64,000 bases of DNA from the NCBI RefSeq assembly GCF_044704955.1, contig NC_091999.1, forward strand, positions 48,794,001 to 48,858,000. The letters run 5' to 3'. Below are positions 12,701 to 26,629 of this stretch, piece by piece. How positions within the stretch are numbered: the first letter of the stretch is position 1; every line of letters begins with the position of its first letter. The translations under genes were made by a program, and so were the position numbers. The stretch is from Pristiophorus japonicus (Eukaryota). Under the pieces are notes generated by a model that had not been told where the DNA came from, ran no database searches, and was given only the letters and a program-made list of their open reading frames with translations.

Positions 12701-13322
12701 GCGCTACTCCACCTGGACCTCACCACTCCTCTGCTGCTTGCCACACCACCTGCTGTACCTGGGCCGTTCTGATGATCCTGTCCATGCTCCAATCGCTGAC
12801 CTGGATTCCGGTACAAAGCAAAATCTAGAATCTCAAGTCTACAAATCTAGGGCAATTTAGAATAAATCGCCTCTCAACTATGCTGCAAATGTTAGAAAGA
12901 CGCTTTGGATACCTGGCCTCCTATGTGGGTCTGTTTGTTGCATCTGTTTGAGCTGGAGTGGAGATGGAGGAGAAGCTGCTGGGTTTCACTCCCAGTATTT
13001 CTGGGCCCAGTGGGACCAACAATTCCCCATGTGGGGCTCTCAATGGAGGTGGGTTCCCTTTCCTGAAGGACATTAATGAACCAGTTAGGTTTTACCACAA
13101 ACTGGCAGCTTTTATGGCTACTATTTCTAGTGCTGGTGCCAGAAATTACCAAGTTCATTAAGTTCAATTTCTCAAAGTGCCTTTGTATTTTTGTGGGTTC
13201 TCTCTCATCCACCCTTTTTCATGAATGAAATTCACTTTACAGGGTGTTAAAAGGGGAGGATTTATCGACCGGAGGCTCAAACATCACATTAACATCTGAC
13301 GAAGTCACTCGATTCATCGGGA

Positions 13323-14045
<723 letters not shown>

Positions 14046-14399
14046 TTATAGGGGTTGGATTATGCTGTTATTGCTGCTGTTAATCAAAACCCGACTGAAC
14101 CATGTTCATTATGACAATTGGGGGTTGTTTCTGCTGATGAAAACTCCTGTAATATTCGGGATATAGACAAATAAATTCATGTTGCTTTCGACACATTGCT
14201 GCAGGCTTTTCTCTTTCCCACCCGAGTGTTTAGCATCACCTGACTGGAGCTCAGAGAGGACAATCTGTGGGGAGGATCATATGGGTGAAGAACTTCAGCA
14301 TGGACACAGTCCTTCAGGGTCATACTGAGAGGGCCAAATGGCACTTTGTTCTTTCTCATCTCTCTTCACTGACAGCAACCCGTGCGGGTTAATCTTGAC

Positions 14400-14790
14400 A
14401 GTGTAAGGTGCGGATGATATCCACCCAAGGGTGCTAAAAGAGATAGGATGGGAGCTCTGCCAGCCTCTTGCCCATATCGCCAACAGATCAGTAGATTCAT
14501 GGGTTGTTCCCTGAGATTGGAAGGTAGCACATGTAGTTCCAATTTTCAATTGTGCACATGTCAGAGCTCGGAAACTGAAGGCCCATCAACGTGACCTTGA
14601 TCACTGGGAAGGTGCTTGAAGGGACCCTGAGAGATGCTGTTTTCCATCATGGGGAAAGTGAAGGGGCCATTAGAGATACTGAACATGGATTCCGGAAAAC
14701 AAGGTCACGTCTTACAAACTAGCTTGAGTCTGTAAAGAAGTTGTTAGGTTGGTGGATGGGGGAATGTGGTTGACATTGTCGACCTCAAGG
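14400..14790 (+). mobile_element. Old CR1 RT fragment
   Basis: Decayed IHPRVLKE, DWKVAHVVPIF and HGFRKTRSRLTN motifs. Confidence 0.65.
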
Positions 14791-16986
14791 TGTCAAACTC
14801 ATTTTCTAGGGTGGGCCTGATCCAATATCCTGGCACTTGGCATGGGACACATTCAGCAAAAGCTATTAAAATAGGAATAATTGAAGATAAACTACATCGG
14901 AATTTACATTTAGATTTTATTTACTGCCGCTGCTCCCAATCCCTGGCACCTCTTAGCTTGAGCATTCATGAACTGACCCTGCTCAAACCATAACCACAAG
15001 GATATCGGTGCATGGTTCTGCCTGTGACCACAAGGCTGTTTCACTGCCACACACACATACCGTTTCCTTGTTTCACATCTCCATACAAACACCATCTCTT
15101 CACACATCACCTTGCTACACAATTGCAGCAGACATGAGCAAGGCCCTGAGGCTTATTACAATACATATTTCATTACAGCAAAGGTTACACTGGGAGAAAT
15201 GATCAGTTATTTTCCATTACAGGCAAAATTCCGGACAAACCTGCAGCACATTGGCACCTGAACAGTGTTTCATTGGCCTACAGGCTTTTCTTAAATAGAT
15301 ATTCTGCCTGGATATAAACTTAACCAGCTTTGCAGGCGTGATGCCCTATTCACACATTGAAGGTGAGAGAGATGCTGTGGGGCACACGCTATGTCCAGTA
15401 GCAGAAAGTGATTCACAGACTGGGTTTTGTGTTTAGTGATCCCGGGCGTGTTACCAATACCAGCAAAGATGAAGCCCATGGAATAAAAGGGACAGTGGAT
15501 ACTGTCTCACTGTGAGCGAGTCAGAATGAGAAGCTTTAACAACAGCCGATGTTTCACAAATGGAGACCTCACCAGACCAAAGGACATTGGTGGCGTTTAA
15601 TGGGCTGTTTGTGTCACTGGGCTACAGGAGGCTATTTGTGACAGAAGGAAAGCAGTTTACCGACCTGTCCAGGGCCCACTCTGACCCCCACCTTCTCTCT
15701 CTCACTATTGATGGACACTGCTGCAGTAATTGCTCCTCTGACCTTTCCTCTCTTGTCCCTCCTACATCCCTAATACACGGCCCGACACAATCTCCCTCCC
15801 CCTACATCCTCACTATGCTGGAATCCACACCAGTCTCCCCATCTGCTCCTTGTTCTCTCCCTGGATCCTGAAACTACAGAACTCACTGATCCCTCATGAA
15901 TTCTACAGGCTCTAAAACTGAAGCTTGGTGGCCCTCAGTCCCCTCTCCTTGATTTACCTCCCCTTCTCTCCTCCTCTTTCCCCCTTGGTTGTGTTCCACA
16001 CTTTGGGCCTTCCCCGGGGACTCTCAGTATGAACAGGGGGATGTGTGTTGAGACAGAATGTCCCAGCTCTCCACCTTTAAAGGGACAAGGAGAGGACCAG
16101 CTGGGCTGAATGGCCCTGCTTTATGACATCACTGCAGTGCCGAGCAACCACCCTCCCTGAGCCCTGCTCATTATGGGATGGGTTGAGCTCAGTGCTGTTG
16201 CAGGAAGGGAAACAGGAGCAGGGTTCGAGCCATGTGCAGCCCAGGATTAATGGGGAGAGGTACAGGATCAATTTATACCTTATTGAGTGAGAAATGTCAG
16301 TGTCCCGGACACTCCCTGTCCCTCAGTATCTGTGTCGGGGAGCGACCGATGGGTTCACTCTGTATATGACCTGTGTTGTGCCTGACTGGAGAGTGTTTGA
16401 TGCTGACATGGGCTGCTCAGCTCGATGAGCACAACATTTAACTCAATGATGATCAGATACACCCATCAGCTTCTCCCCTGGACACAGGTCCTGAAGGACA
16501 GGGAATGTCTCTATTAATTTGGCTGGTGTCCTTGATCAAATTTAAATACCTCATCTCTTTTTAAACATTCGTTCATGGGATGTGGGTGTCGCCTCTCACC
16601 TCTCATTCTTCTAAACGCTGGAGAATATAGGCCTGGTCTACTCAATCTCTCATAGGACAATCCTCCCATCCCAGGAATCAGTCTGGTGAATCTTCATTGC
16701 ACTCCCTCTATAGCAAGTTTATCTTTCCTAAAAAGCACCTGAAGGTAACAATGATGTAATTTACTGTGTTCTGTAAGAATGTGCTATTTTGTTTGATTTT
16801 TTCTGCACTGTATTGTGTTTAGTTCATAAAATATTAATTTGAATTAAATTGGAGTTATTGAAATTAACTAAGCTATGTTTTATTCAAGGTCAATAATGAT
16901 AGCTTTACGAATGATTTCTGCTGTTTTAACGAATTTTTAATTCCGAAGGAAGTTTTGAAGTTCCAAACTTAAAAAAAATAACCAAG

Positions 16987-17520
16987 TGTTGATTTAAAAC
17001 AAACTTCTGTTTGTTCACTTGAGTAGTAACGAATTCAGTCTTCTGTTTATAATCAATTTACAAGTGGAGTATAGTCACAGATGGAGCACGTGTAACCAGG
17101 CACGGGTATCTCCACGCTAACAAACAAAGGAAAAAGCTTACATTTATTGACTGTTTTCTTATCAAACTGGAGCCGGCATTGCCTAATATGGTAGTCTCTG
17201 GCTACTGCATAATCCAGAGACACAAGTTTACATCAGCAACACATTTAGAAGCTTTGCGGCCTGGCTACCGTGATTATAAACCACCAGTTCTTGACTTTTC
17301 TTATCCAAACAATATTTCTAATCAATTCTATTATTAATATCGAAGCCTGGTTGGTCACAAAACACCAGCTGTTGCTCAGTGAAATCTGTCTCTCTCTCCC
17401 TAATAATACGAACCACATTTTTTCCTCTATCAAATGAATGAAACATAAACCCTTTTCAGAAGCTGAATTAACCAGGGTCCACATGTCAACCAGTCCCACA
17501 GGTTTTTTTTATGGGTTACA
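16987..17520 (-). mobile_element. Probable 3' LTR of the decayed env-bearing element
   Basis: Minus strand begins TGTAAC and ends ...AATCAACA, just downstream of the env TM segment. Related sequence at ~21500-21873 and ~41870-42237. Confidence 0.5.
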
Positions 17521-17599
17521 TTACCTGTTGACAAAGTGTTTTATATCTTTCTTTGTCTTTACTAATCCTGGTTTCCTCTCAGCGTCCTTCCCTTTCCTA

Positions 17600-19110
17600 A
17601 TATTTTCAATGTCCCTTATTGACTTCCTTACAGCATAATGCAATGACCAGAATCCCTGAAGCTATTATCCGTGCTATCACCAATCCCAGCTGGAACAATC
17701 TAACTAGATCCGACTTTCCACCATTCCTGATTGGCAAGTCTCGGGATTTCCTGTTCTGTCTCTCTCTTCCTCTATATGATTTGCACTGTGTGTTTCTGGG
17801 ATGTCCTAATTCGCAGAATTATGAGCTTTAAAGCCAGAAACAGGGAGCATATATTGTCCGATGTGTGGAATGACTCGACTGGCTTCATCCTCCAGAGGCA
17901 GTCTTGTCTGCAGATAAGTTGCGTTGTGATGATGTACCAGAACCAACGTTTAGCACCGATGCATGTGTTCCTCGGTGGAATCAAGCTAAAGTGATGTTCT
18001 AGTATGGGGCATCGGGTTGAACCCACAGTCATATACGTGACAGTAGTAGTCACACAATACTGTCCTTTTCCTTTATACATGGTATTAGTTTGGCCTTCGC
18101 CCCATTTATTTATTTCAATCTGGCATTCTGGAGATTCTTTGTCGAGGGTGAACCCACAAGCTGGAACATCTACAAACCCATGTTGTCCCTTTCAGAGTAC
18201 AACACTGCATATCTGGTGCTATCCAAGTTCCTCCCTTCTGAATCAGATATCTTGGATATTCCTCATACTGTTTATGGATCGACCTAACTCAGTCTTCGAC
18301 CCTTGCAAACGATTCTACCCTATAAACCATCCAAGGTTTCGTTTCATTTCCATTTTTCCTCAGCAAAGGCAAGATCAATCCCACTGGTCTAATATCTTCA
18401 CTTCTTTCTCCTTCCCGCGGGGCCAAAATCCCCATTCCTATTGGCTGCATCACATGAAAGCCTATGACTTGATTGCCCTGAACCATGTTCTCAGTTGTTC
18501 TTCATGAATAAACAAAGGGATTTGATTACTCTCTCTCTTGTCCAGTCCCTTCTGTACCACATTCATCATAAATGTCACAGAGGCGACACACAATACCACC
18601 AGTGAGCCACATCGTGTTCCCATTCACTTTCTATATCTATTCTGTTTACTCCTGCTAACCTTGCTGTGGCTCCTATTCTGAGCTATCCTGTCAGCTCTCA
18701 CTTTCCTTGCGATTTAAACTGATTCTCCTTGTGTTCCCCATCTTCCTCATCCCTTGGTTCCTGTTTTCTATTCTTTCCTAACACATCCTTTTACAAATTC
18801 TCTTCCCATTTTATCTATTAATTGTGAATATCTCCCTTCACAAAATCTAGTTGATAGATTCAAGCTCATGTTTAAAACTTTTGATTTCAATTAACAATTT
18901 AAAAACACACATTGTCATATAATACTTTTCCTGATCCAGTTACTTCTAGTCCATTAAAATGTGGGTTCTTTTACTGGATCAGACAGGTAGAGTTCTTTTT
19001 GTGAGGTGGTATGTCATTTTATTTAAGTCCCACATATGATGATCACTATTAGCGTTTGTACTTGGCAAACCAATAGTTAACATTACTGATCAACATACAA
19101 CATTTCTTAC
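17600..19110 (-). pseudogene. env: Decayed envelope gene, class I fusion protein with paramyxovirus F-like motifs (lokiretrovirus-type env)
   Basis: Manual translation across frameshifts gives RKVR (18696-18707), IGATARLAGVNRIDIE, GLILPLL...VYRVESF, PRYLIQKGGTWIAPDMQCCTLKGTTWVC (18172-18255), ACGF...C...GQYCVTT...CP, and hydrophobic LVRLFQLGLVIARIIASGILVIALCCK (17627-17707). Confidence 0.6.
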
Positions 19111-19199
19111 TTTAAAATAACCTGCCGTCATTATCTTTTTAGTTTGTATTGAAGTATTTTATAATGGTCTTGAATTACTTATTGTCCTTGTGTGATACT

Positions 19200-19810
19200 A
19201 ACTCTTTAAGTGAACACTATTAATTTAGTGTTTGGGGTCAGGGTATGGACCAACCCACCTGGTTCAGGGGAGTCTTCCTGGTCTCCCAATCTTCCCAAGG
19301 AGCAGGCTTTAGGGTTCTTTCTCTATTACCAACAAAATTATGCTTTTTAGGGTCTCTTCTCGGTTTATCAAGGATTCCAAAACTAACCCTTTTGAGGTCC
19401 TCTGCTTCCTCCTGGAGATCGCCTCTCATTTGGATCCATGTTTTGTTATGGAGCCTGAGAGGTCTGGCCTCCTTATCGCCCACCTTCAGCTTGTAGCTGA
19501 GCTGTACACAGCCATGGCCACCTTTTCCAGACAGAGACAGGCTGACTTTTTTTGTTTTTAGCCTCTCTACAAGCTTTCTTTGTTCAGCACTTAGTGGAGG
19601 CCTTGAAACTGATGACCATTCCAGCTGTAAGGAAATCCTAATTTGATCAGCATTCTCGCTCCTGTTAATTCTAATGCCTCTGACAGGTAGCAGTGTGTTT
19701 AACTCTATCCGGATTATTTCAAAGTCGCTTTCTCTATGGAGAATGTGTCACGACCTTGATGGTTTAAAAAGTTGTCTCACTCTCCTGTGCCACATTAGCC
19801 ATTTCATGTT
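19200..19810 (-). pseudogene. Possible gag N-terminal remnant of the same element
   Basis: Broken frame ...LIKLGFPYSW...VWKRWPWLCTAQLQ... lying upstream of env in the same orientation. No pol motifs seen. Confidence 0.25.
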
Positions 19811-20774
19811 GTGCTGTTGTCGATAACTGAGCATGCCTGAGACTCGTTCACACACACACGCAGCGGTATCCCAGTATCATGCCACATGTGACATCTGATC
19901 CAAGCCATTTGAGGTGATCTTATCAAAAGATCGTGGGGTGTCTGAAGATCTTTGCTCATCTCCCTCTGCACGGTCCTGATGTATGGGGTAGTGGCCAGGC
20001 GATCAAATTCAGTTTTCTTATTGTTCAGTGTAGGCAATGACACAAACATCTGAGAGAGAAATCTTAGCAATTTCCTACACTTCCCTGACTTTAACAAGAA
20101 TTTACATTAACACCAGATTGTACCCAGGTGATTTATGACATTTCGCCCAGGAACAATGAGTGAAGAAACATTTCTATTTGGAGGTGTAACTTTCCTGTTT
20201 TCCTTTTATATCCTCACTCATTTCCTCTCATTACATTTTATACAGTGTTCACCATTTCACTCATGAGCCCGGAGGAACTTTACTGTATGATACAATATTA
20301 TCATACTGTCTTTAAACATCGATCAAATAATCCCACTTGGTCCAAGTTTTGACCCAGTTTCTTTGTTTAATTTAATTTAACCGAACCTCTTCTTGGACCT
20401 TTTATTCTGCAAAATATGCCAGAGAGCAATTCAGTCTCCAAGAGGAAGGATGTTAGTTACCTTTGGCATAACAGTCACCCCCAAAAACTTATTTCTGAAT
20501 ACATAGTTTGGACAGAACCAGAGAGACGGGACTTTTTCAAAAATAAAACATAATTATCTCAATTGTCAGCTAAATTTTCCTTCCCATGTGTTTGACCAGC
20601 GACGCTTAGCAATATATATATATATATATATATAAAATCAGTTCTAATTTCACAAACAAATTATGCCCAGACTTTGTCATTTTACAAAGAAGACAAAATT
20701 AACAATCGCGTTTGGATGCAAGTCATTTATCTTCCCCTTCGAGCAGTGTGACTTGGACAATAGGATTAAATCGG

Positions 20775-21345
20775 ATATACGACACAGAAACAGGCCATTC
20801 GGCCCAACCAGTCCATGCCGGCGTTTATGCTCCACTCGAGCCTTCTTCCTTCTTTCCTCATCTAACTACATCCACATAACCCTCGATTCCCTTCTCTCTC
20901 AGATACTTGTCTAGCCTCCCCTTAAATGCATCGATACTATTCGCTTCAACCACTCCCCGTGGCAGCGAGTTCCACATTCTCACCACTCTCTGGATAGAGG
21001 TTTCTTCTGAATTCCCCATTTGATTTCTTGGTGACTATCTTATGTTGATGGCCTCTAATTATGCTGGTCCCCACAAGTGGAAACACTGTGTCTACTCTAT
21101 CAAAACCTTTCATCATTTTAAAGACATTAGCTCACCCCTCAGCCTTCTTTTTTCAAGAGAAAAGAGACCCAGCCTCTCCATCCTTTCCCGATACGTATCC
21201 GCTCGCCTTTCTGGTATCATCCTTGTAAATCTTCTCTGCACCCTCTCCAGTGCCTCCATACCCTTTTTATAATATGGTGACCAGAATTGCACACACAAAG
21301 TCTAACCAAGGTTCGATACAAGTGGAGCATAACTTCACCACTTTT
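20775..21345 (-). mobile_element. CR1 3' fragment (duplicated at 41140-41710)
   Basis: ORF 21113-21298 [25 protein letters not shown]. Confidence 0.85.
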
Positions 21346-22632
21346 CCATTCGATAACAATTCAATTCTAAAACAATCGATTCCAATAATTTAACTCAATA
21401 CTTTAAATTCTTAAGTCCAACTTTGTCAGCATGCTGCGACATCCGATGTCTGCAGATAACTGGAGATAACTTTATTTTAACTGCTGGATCTTATGCTATG
21501 CCATCAACCTCTTATCCAACTGGAACTGGCATTGCCTGATATAGTCGTCTTTGGCTACGGCATAGTCCAGAGACACAAGTCTGCATTTTCTTCAACATAC
21601 ATCAACAATGTTAGAAGCACGTAAAACACTGGTCTTCCTGTGGCAAGCACACACCACGAGTCTCTGAACTTTTCTTATTCTAACATAATATTTCTAATCT
21701 AAACATTCTATGATGAAAATATCCATGGCCAGTTGGTTGCAAACACCAACTGTTGCTCAGTGAAATCTTTCTCTAATGATAACAACCACATTTTCCCCGA
21801 TATGGAATGAACGAAACATGAACACCTTTCAGAAGCTGAATTAACCGAGTTCCCTATACCAACACCCCTCACATCTTCCTTTCACTTCAACTGAAAGGAA
21901 AACACCAGATTGCATCAGTCGGAATTTGAAAGATATTTACAACAGATGCTCGATATTCTTAGAGTTAGCATTGTTCTATATTCTGTCTACTCGAGGAGTT
22001 TGATAAGAGACTTTCTCCTGTGAATGTAGAGCTGGAATATTGGGCCGGGATGTATTTACTTGTTCATCTTGTTGACTCTAAACCGTTGCCAATTATTTGA
22101 CGTGACCTGTATTTTCTTAAATACATTTCCTGAATGGATTCAAATTTAAATTGAACCCAGGTTTGCAGGCGTGATGCTCCATTCACACATCGAAGGTGAG
22201 AGAGATGCTGTGGGGCACACGCTAAGTCCAGCATCTGAAAGTGATTCACAGACTGGGTTTAGTGTTTAGTGATCCCGGGTGTGTTACCGACACCTTCCCA
22301 CAATACCAAGGCTAGGAGAGGCACTCTGGAAGATATGGGGAACTTGAACTAGTCCACGAGAGTAACCAAAGGTATGAGAACTGAAATAATCCAGAGTTAG
22401 AAAGGAGAAAAACCCCCAAAATGGTGCAGTCAGTAACAGGACATTTATTAGTCTCCTCTTATCTTGGAACATTAAATACCGACACACTCTGTTATTGAAA
22501 TATCAAAATATTATAGTCCAGCCCAGTTATAGGGCTATTATCATCAGAAACAAACTTCAACTGTCGGAATGGACACGATTCAGTCAGGATGTGATTAACA
22601 GCAGCAATGATAGCAGAATCCAACCACTGCAA

Positions 22633-23427
22633 TCACTTGTGAACTTGCTGGTGTCTCAGCAGGTGGGATGACCGAGTGAATACCTTCCCACACTCAAAGC
22701 AGGAGAACGGCCTCTCCCCAGTGTGAACTCGCTTGTGCCTCAGCAGGCGGGATAACACAATGAATCTTTTCCCACACTCCGAGCAGGTGAACGGCCTCTC
22801 CCCAGTGTGAACTCGCTGGTGTGTCACCAGGTGTGATGGCCAAGGGAATCGCTTCCCACACTCAGAGCAGGCGAACGGCCTCTCCCCAGTGTGAACTCGC
22901 TGGTGTGCCAGCAGGTCGGATGACTGCGTGAATCCTTTCCCACATTCAGAGCAGGTGAATGGCCTCTCTCCAGTGTGAACAAGCTGGTGTTTCACCAGGC
23001 TGGATGACTGAGTGAATTGCTTCCCACACTCTGAGCAGGTGAATGGCCTCTCCCCTGTGTGAACTCGGTGGTGTTTCTGCAGGGTGGATGACCAAGTGAA
23101 TCCCTTCCCACACTTTGAGCAGGTGAATGGCTTCTCCCCGGTGTGAACTCGCTGGTGTTTCAGCAGGTAGGATGACTGAGTGAATCGCTTCCCACACACG
23201 GGGCAGGTGAACGGCCTCTCCCCAGTGTGAGCTCGCTGGTGTGCCACCAGGTCGGATGACTGAGTGAATCCTTTCCCACATTCAGAGCAGGTGAACGGCC
23301 TCTCCCCAGTGTGAACTCGGTGGAGTTTCACCAGGCTGGATGACTGAGTGAATCGCTTCCCACACACGGGGCAGGTGAACGGCCTCTCCCCGTTATGAAT
23401 GTGTTGATGAATTTGCAGCGCAGACAT
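22633..23427 (-). CDS. C2H2 zinc-finger gene (ZNF-B), open 264-aa ORF with 9 tandem fingers
   Basis: Provided ORF with HTGERPF linkers, ending HQQVHK*. Exon acceptor TTTGCAG with exon start at 23835. Upstream fingers in the same exon are degenerate and carry stops. Confidence 0.85.
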   Translation of the reverse strand: MSALQIHQHIHNGERPFTCPVCGKRFTQSSSLVKLHRVHTGERPFTCSECGKGFTQSSDLVAHQRAHTGERPFTCPVCGKRFTQSSYLLKHQRVHTGEKPFTCSKCGKGFTWSSTLQKHHRVHTGERPFTCSECGKQFTQSSSLVKHQLVHTGERPFTCSECGKGFTQSSDLLAHQRVHTGERPFACSECGKRFPWPSHLVTHQRVHTGERPFTCSECGKRFIVLSRLLRHKRVHTGERPFSCFECGKVFTRSSHLLRHQQVHK

Positions 23428-23959
23428 GTAGCTGAATCCCTTCCCACAGTCCCCACATTTCCACGGTTTCTCCGTGGTGCGGGTGTGCTTTCGTCTCTCC
23501 AGGTTGGATGATCAGTTGAAGCCTCCTCCACACACAACACGTTTACAGTTTTCCCCCGCTGTGAATGGTTCGAGGGTTTTTCAGGCTGTGTAATTGGTTA
23601 AAGCTCTTTCCACAATCAGTGCACTGAAACACTCTCACTCGGGTGTGTGTGTCTCTGCTTTTTCAGTCACACTGATGTTTGTAATCTTTCCCCACAGACA
23701 GAATAAACAAACATTTCTCCTTCCACATTCAAAGGCCGATGATATTCAAGTTCTGTTGCATCGAGTGAATCTATCTGATCACGACGTGACGTTTAGTTTG
23801 AGTTTCCCTTCTTCAAATCCTCCCTTTCTAACACCCTGCAAAAGGAGTTTAAAAAAGTCATCACTGTAAGTACAGGATTGAAATTCAGAAGAGACAATTC
23901 TAGTTTCTATGGAACATTCTTTCCTTCTGCTGTGTGGTTTTAAGTATTGTCTTAAAAAA

Positions 23960-25830
23960 ATAATAAAGAGGGAGAAGATAGACTGAGATTAAACTGGCAA
24001 GAAATATAAATACAGTCAGAGCTTCTACAGATATATAAAAAGGAAGAGATAGCTAAAATAAACGTTGGTCCCTGAGAGGATTAAACGGGGAAATGGCAGA
24101 GACTTGAAATAAATATTTTGTGTGGTCTTCACGGTGGAAGACACTAAAAACATCCCAATAATAATAGATAATCAAGGGGTCACAGGGAGCGAGGAACTTG
24201 AAACAATCACTATCACGAGAGAAAATGTACTAGACAAACTATTGGGACTAAAGGTGGACGTCCCCTGGACCTGATGGCCTGCATCCTGGGGTCTTAAAAG
24301 TGGCTGCAGAGAAAGTGGATGGATTGGTTGTAATCTACCAAAATTCCCTGGATTCTGGCAAGGTCCCAGTGTTTTGGAAAACCTCAAATGCAACACCTCT
24401 ATTCAACAAGGGAGGGAGGGACAGAGAAAGCAGGAAACTATAGAGCAGTTAGCTGAACATCTATCATTGTGAAAATGCTGCAGGCCATTATTAAATAAAT
24501 AGTAGCAGGACATTTAGAAAATCATAATAGTCAAGCAGAGACGGCATGGTTTTATGAAAGGGAAATCACGTTTGACAAATTTGCTGGAGTTCTTTGAGGA
24601 TGTAACGAGCAGGGTGGATGAAGAGGAACCAGTAGCAGTTGTGTATTTACATTTCCAGAAGGCATTCGATAAGGTGCCAGATAAAAGGTTACTGCACAAT
24701 ATAAGAGCTCACAGGGTTGGGGGTAATATATTAGCATAGATGTAGGATTGGCTAACTAAGAGAAAACAGAGAGTCGGGATAAATGGGTCATTTTCAGGTT
24801 GGCAAACTGTAACTAGTGGGATGCCACAGGGATCAGTGCTGGGGCGTCAACTATTTACAATCTATATTAATGACTTGGATGAAGGGACGGAGTGCACTGC
24901 AGCCAAATATGCTGCTGATACAAAGATAGGTGGGAAAGCAAGTTGTGAGGAGGACACAAAGAATCAGCAAAGGGTTGTAGACAGGCTCAGTGAGTGGGCA
25001 AAAAATTGGCAGAGGGAGTATAATGTGGGAAAATGTGAGGTTATGCACTTTGGTTGGAAGAATAAAAAAGCAAATTATTATTTAAATGGAGACTACAAAA
25101 TGCTGCGGCACAGAGAGATCTGGGGGTCCTTGTGCATGAAACACAAAAAGTTAGCATGCAGGTACAGCTAGTAATCAGGAAGGCAAATGCAATGTTGGCC
25201 TTTATTGAAGGGAAATGGAGTAGAAAAGTTGAGAAGTCTTGCTGCAACTGTACAGGGTGTTCGTGAGACCACACCTGGAGTACTGCGTACAGTTTTGGTC
25301 TCCTTATTTAAGGAGGGCTATACTTGCATTGGAGGCAGTTCAGAGAAGGTTCACGAGGTTGATTCCTGAGATGAAGGGGTTGTCTTATGAAGTAAGCTTG
25401 AGCAGGTTGGGCCTGTACTCATTGCAGTTTCGAAGAATGAAAGGTGATCTTATTGAAACGTGTAAGATTCTGAGGGGGCTTGACAGGGTAGATGCAGAGA
25501 GGATGTTTCCCCTCGTGGGGAAATCTAGAACTAGGGTGCATAGTTTCAGAATAAGGGGTCGCCCATTTAAAACGGAGATGCAGAGGAATTTCTTCTCTGA
25601 GGGTCGTGAATCTTTGGAATTCTCTACCCCAGAGAGCTGTGGAGGCTGAGTCAGTCAATATATTTAAAGGGGAGATAGACAGATTTTTGAAGTACAGGGG
25701 AGTCAAGAATTATGGGGAGCAGGCAGGAAAGTGGAGTTGAGGTCAAGATCAGATCAGCCGTGATTTTATTGAATGTCAGAGCAGGCTCGAGGGATCCAAT
25801 GGCCTACTCCTGCTCCTATTTCTTATTGTT
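23960..25830 (+). mobile_element. CR1 LINE ORF2 RT/3' fragment
   Basis: HGFMKGKSRLTNLLEFFE, FQKAFDKVP, PQGSVLG, YAADTK and CR1 C-terminal motifs. Confidence 0.93.
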
Positions 25831-25961
25831 AATCTGTTAACCTTGACCTGGACGTTCCAAAATGTTACTGATTTTGAGGAATAGACAAAATATCTAAGCA
25901 TTGATAAATGCATCATCGAACATCTCCAACTGAGCTAACCTGCTCTAACTATGTCAGTATT

Positions 25962-26395
25962 TGTGTCAGCTGTGACTCAGTGGGTAACACACTTGCCTCT
26001 GGGTCACAAGGTTGTGGGTTGATGTCGCACTCCAGAGACATGAACACAAAACTCTAGGCTGATGCTCCAGTGCAGTGCTGAGGGACTGCTGTACTGTCGG
26101 AGGTGCTGTCTTTGGGATAAGATGTTAAACCGAGGCCCCGTCTGCTCCCTCAGGTGGATGTAAAAGGTCCCATTGCACTATTTCAAGCCGAACAGGGGAG
26201 TTATCCCCGATGTCCTGGCCAATATTTTCCCTTAACATCAGTAAAGCAGATTATCTGGTCATTATCACATTGTAAATTGGTTGCTGCGTTTCCTACATTG
26301 CGATAGTGACTAAACTTCAAAAATAACTTGATTGACTGTAAAGCGCTTTGGGGCATCTGGTGGTGGTGAAAGGTGCAAAATAAATGCAAGTCTTT
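25962..26395 (+). mobile_element. tRNA-derived Deu-domain SINE (SacSINE1-like), near full length
   Basis: tRNA-like head, central GATGTTAAACCGAGGCCCCGTCTG...GGTGGATGTAAAA block and L2-like tail ...AAATGCAAGTCTTT. Family assignment from recall. Confidence 0.75.
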
Positions 26396-26629
26396 TTATT
26401 TTCTATATGTCTTTTATTCCTCTCCCTTCTCCCATTGTGCCTCCTTTTGTCTGCTGTCACTTCCCCACTTCTTCTTCCCCACTCAAATTTACAGTTCATT
26501 TCTTGTGTACATAGTCTCTCTCTCTCCTTTCCCTCACTCTGTCGCTCCCTATAAGCTGTCCATCTGCCATATCTCCCAGTCCTGATCAAATGCTCTCCCT
26601 GACCCATCACCATTTCTCCTTCCTTTATA

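Larger units (their letters stand above)
20182..25935. repeat. Segmental duplication, copy A (copy B at 40402-45725)
   Basis: Colinear, high-identity direct repeat containing (TA)n, a CR1 fragment, an LTR-like piece, a ZNF gene and a CR1 RT fragment. Confidence 0.95.

Noticed and set aside
10144-12860. Repetitive ORFs over the 27-, 30- and 37-bp repeats
   Set aside because: Minisatellite translation artefacts.
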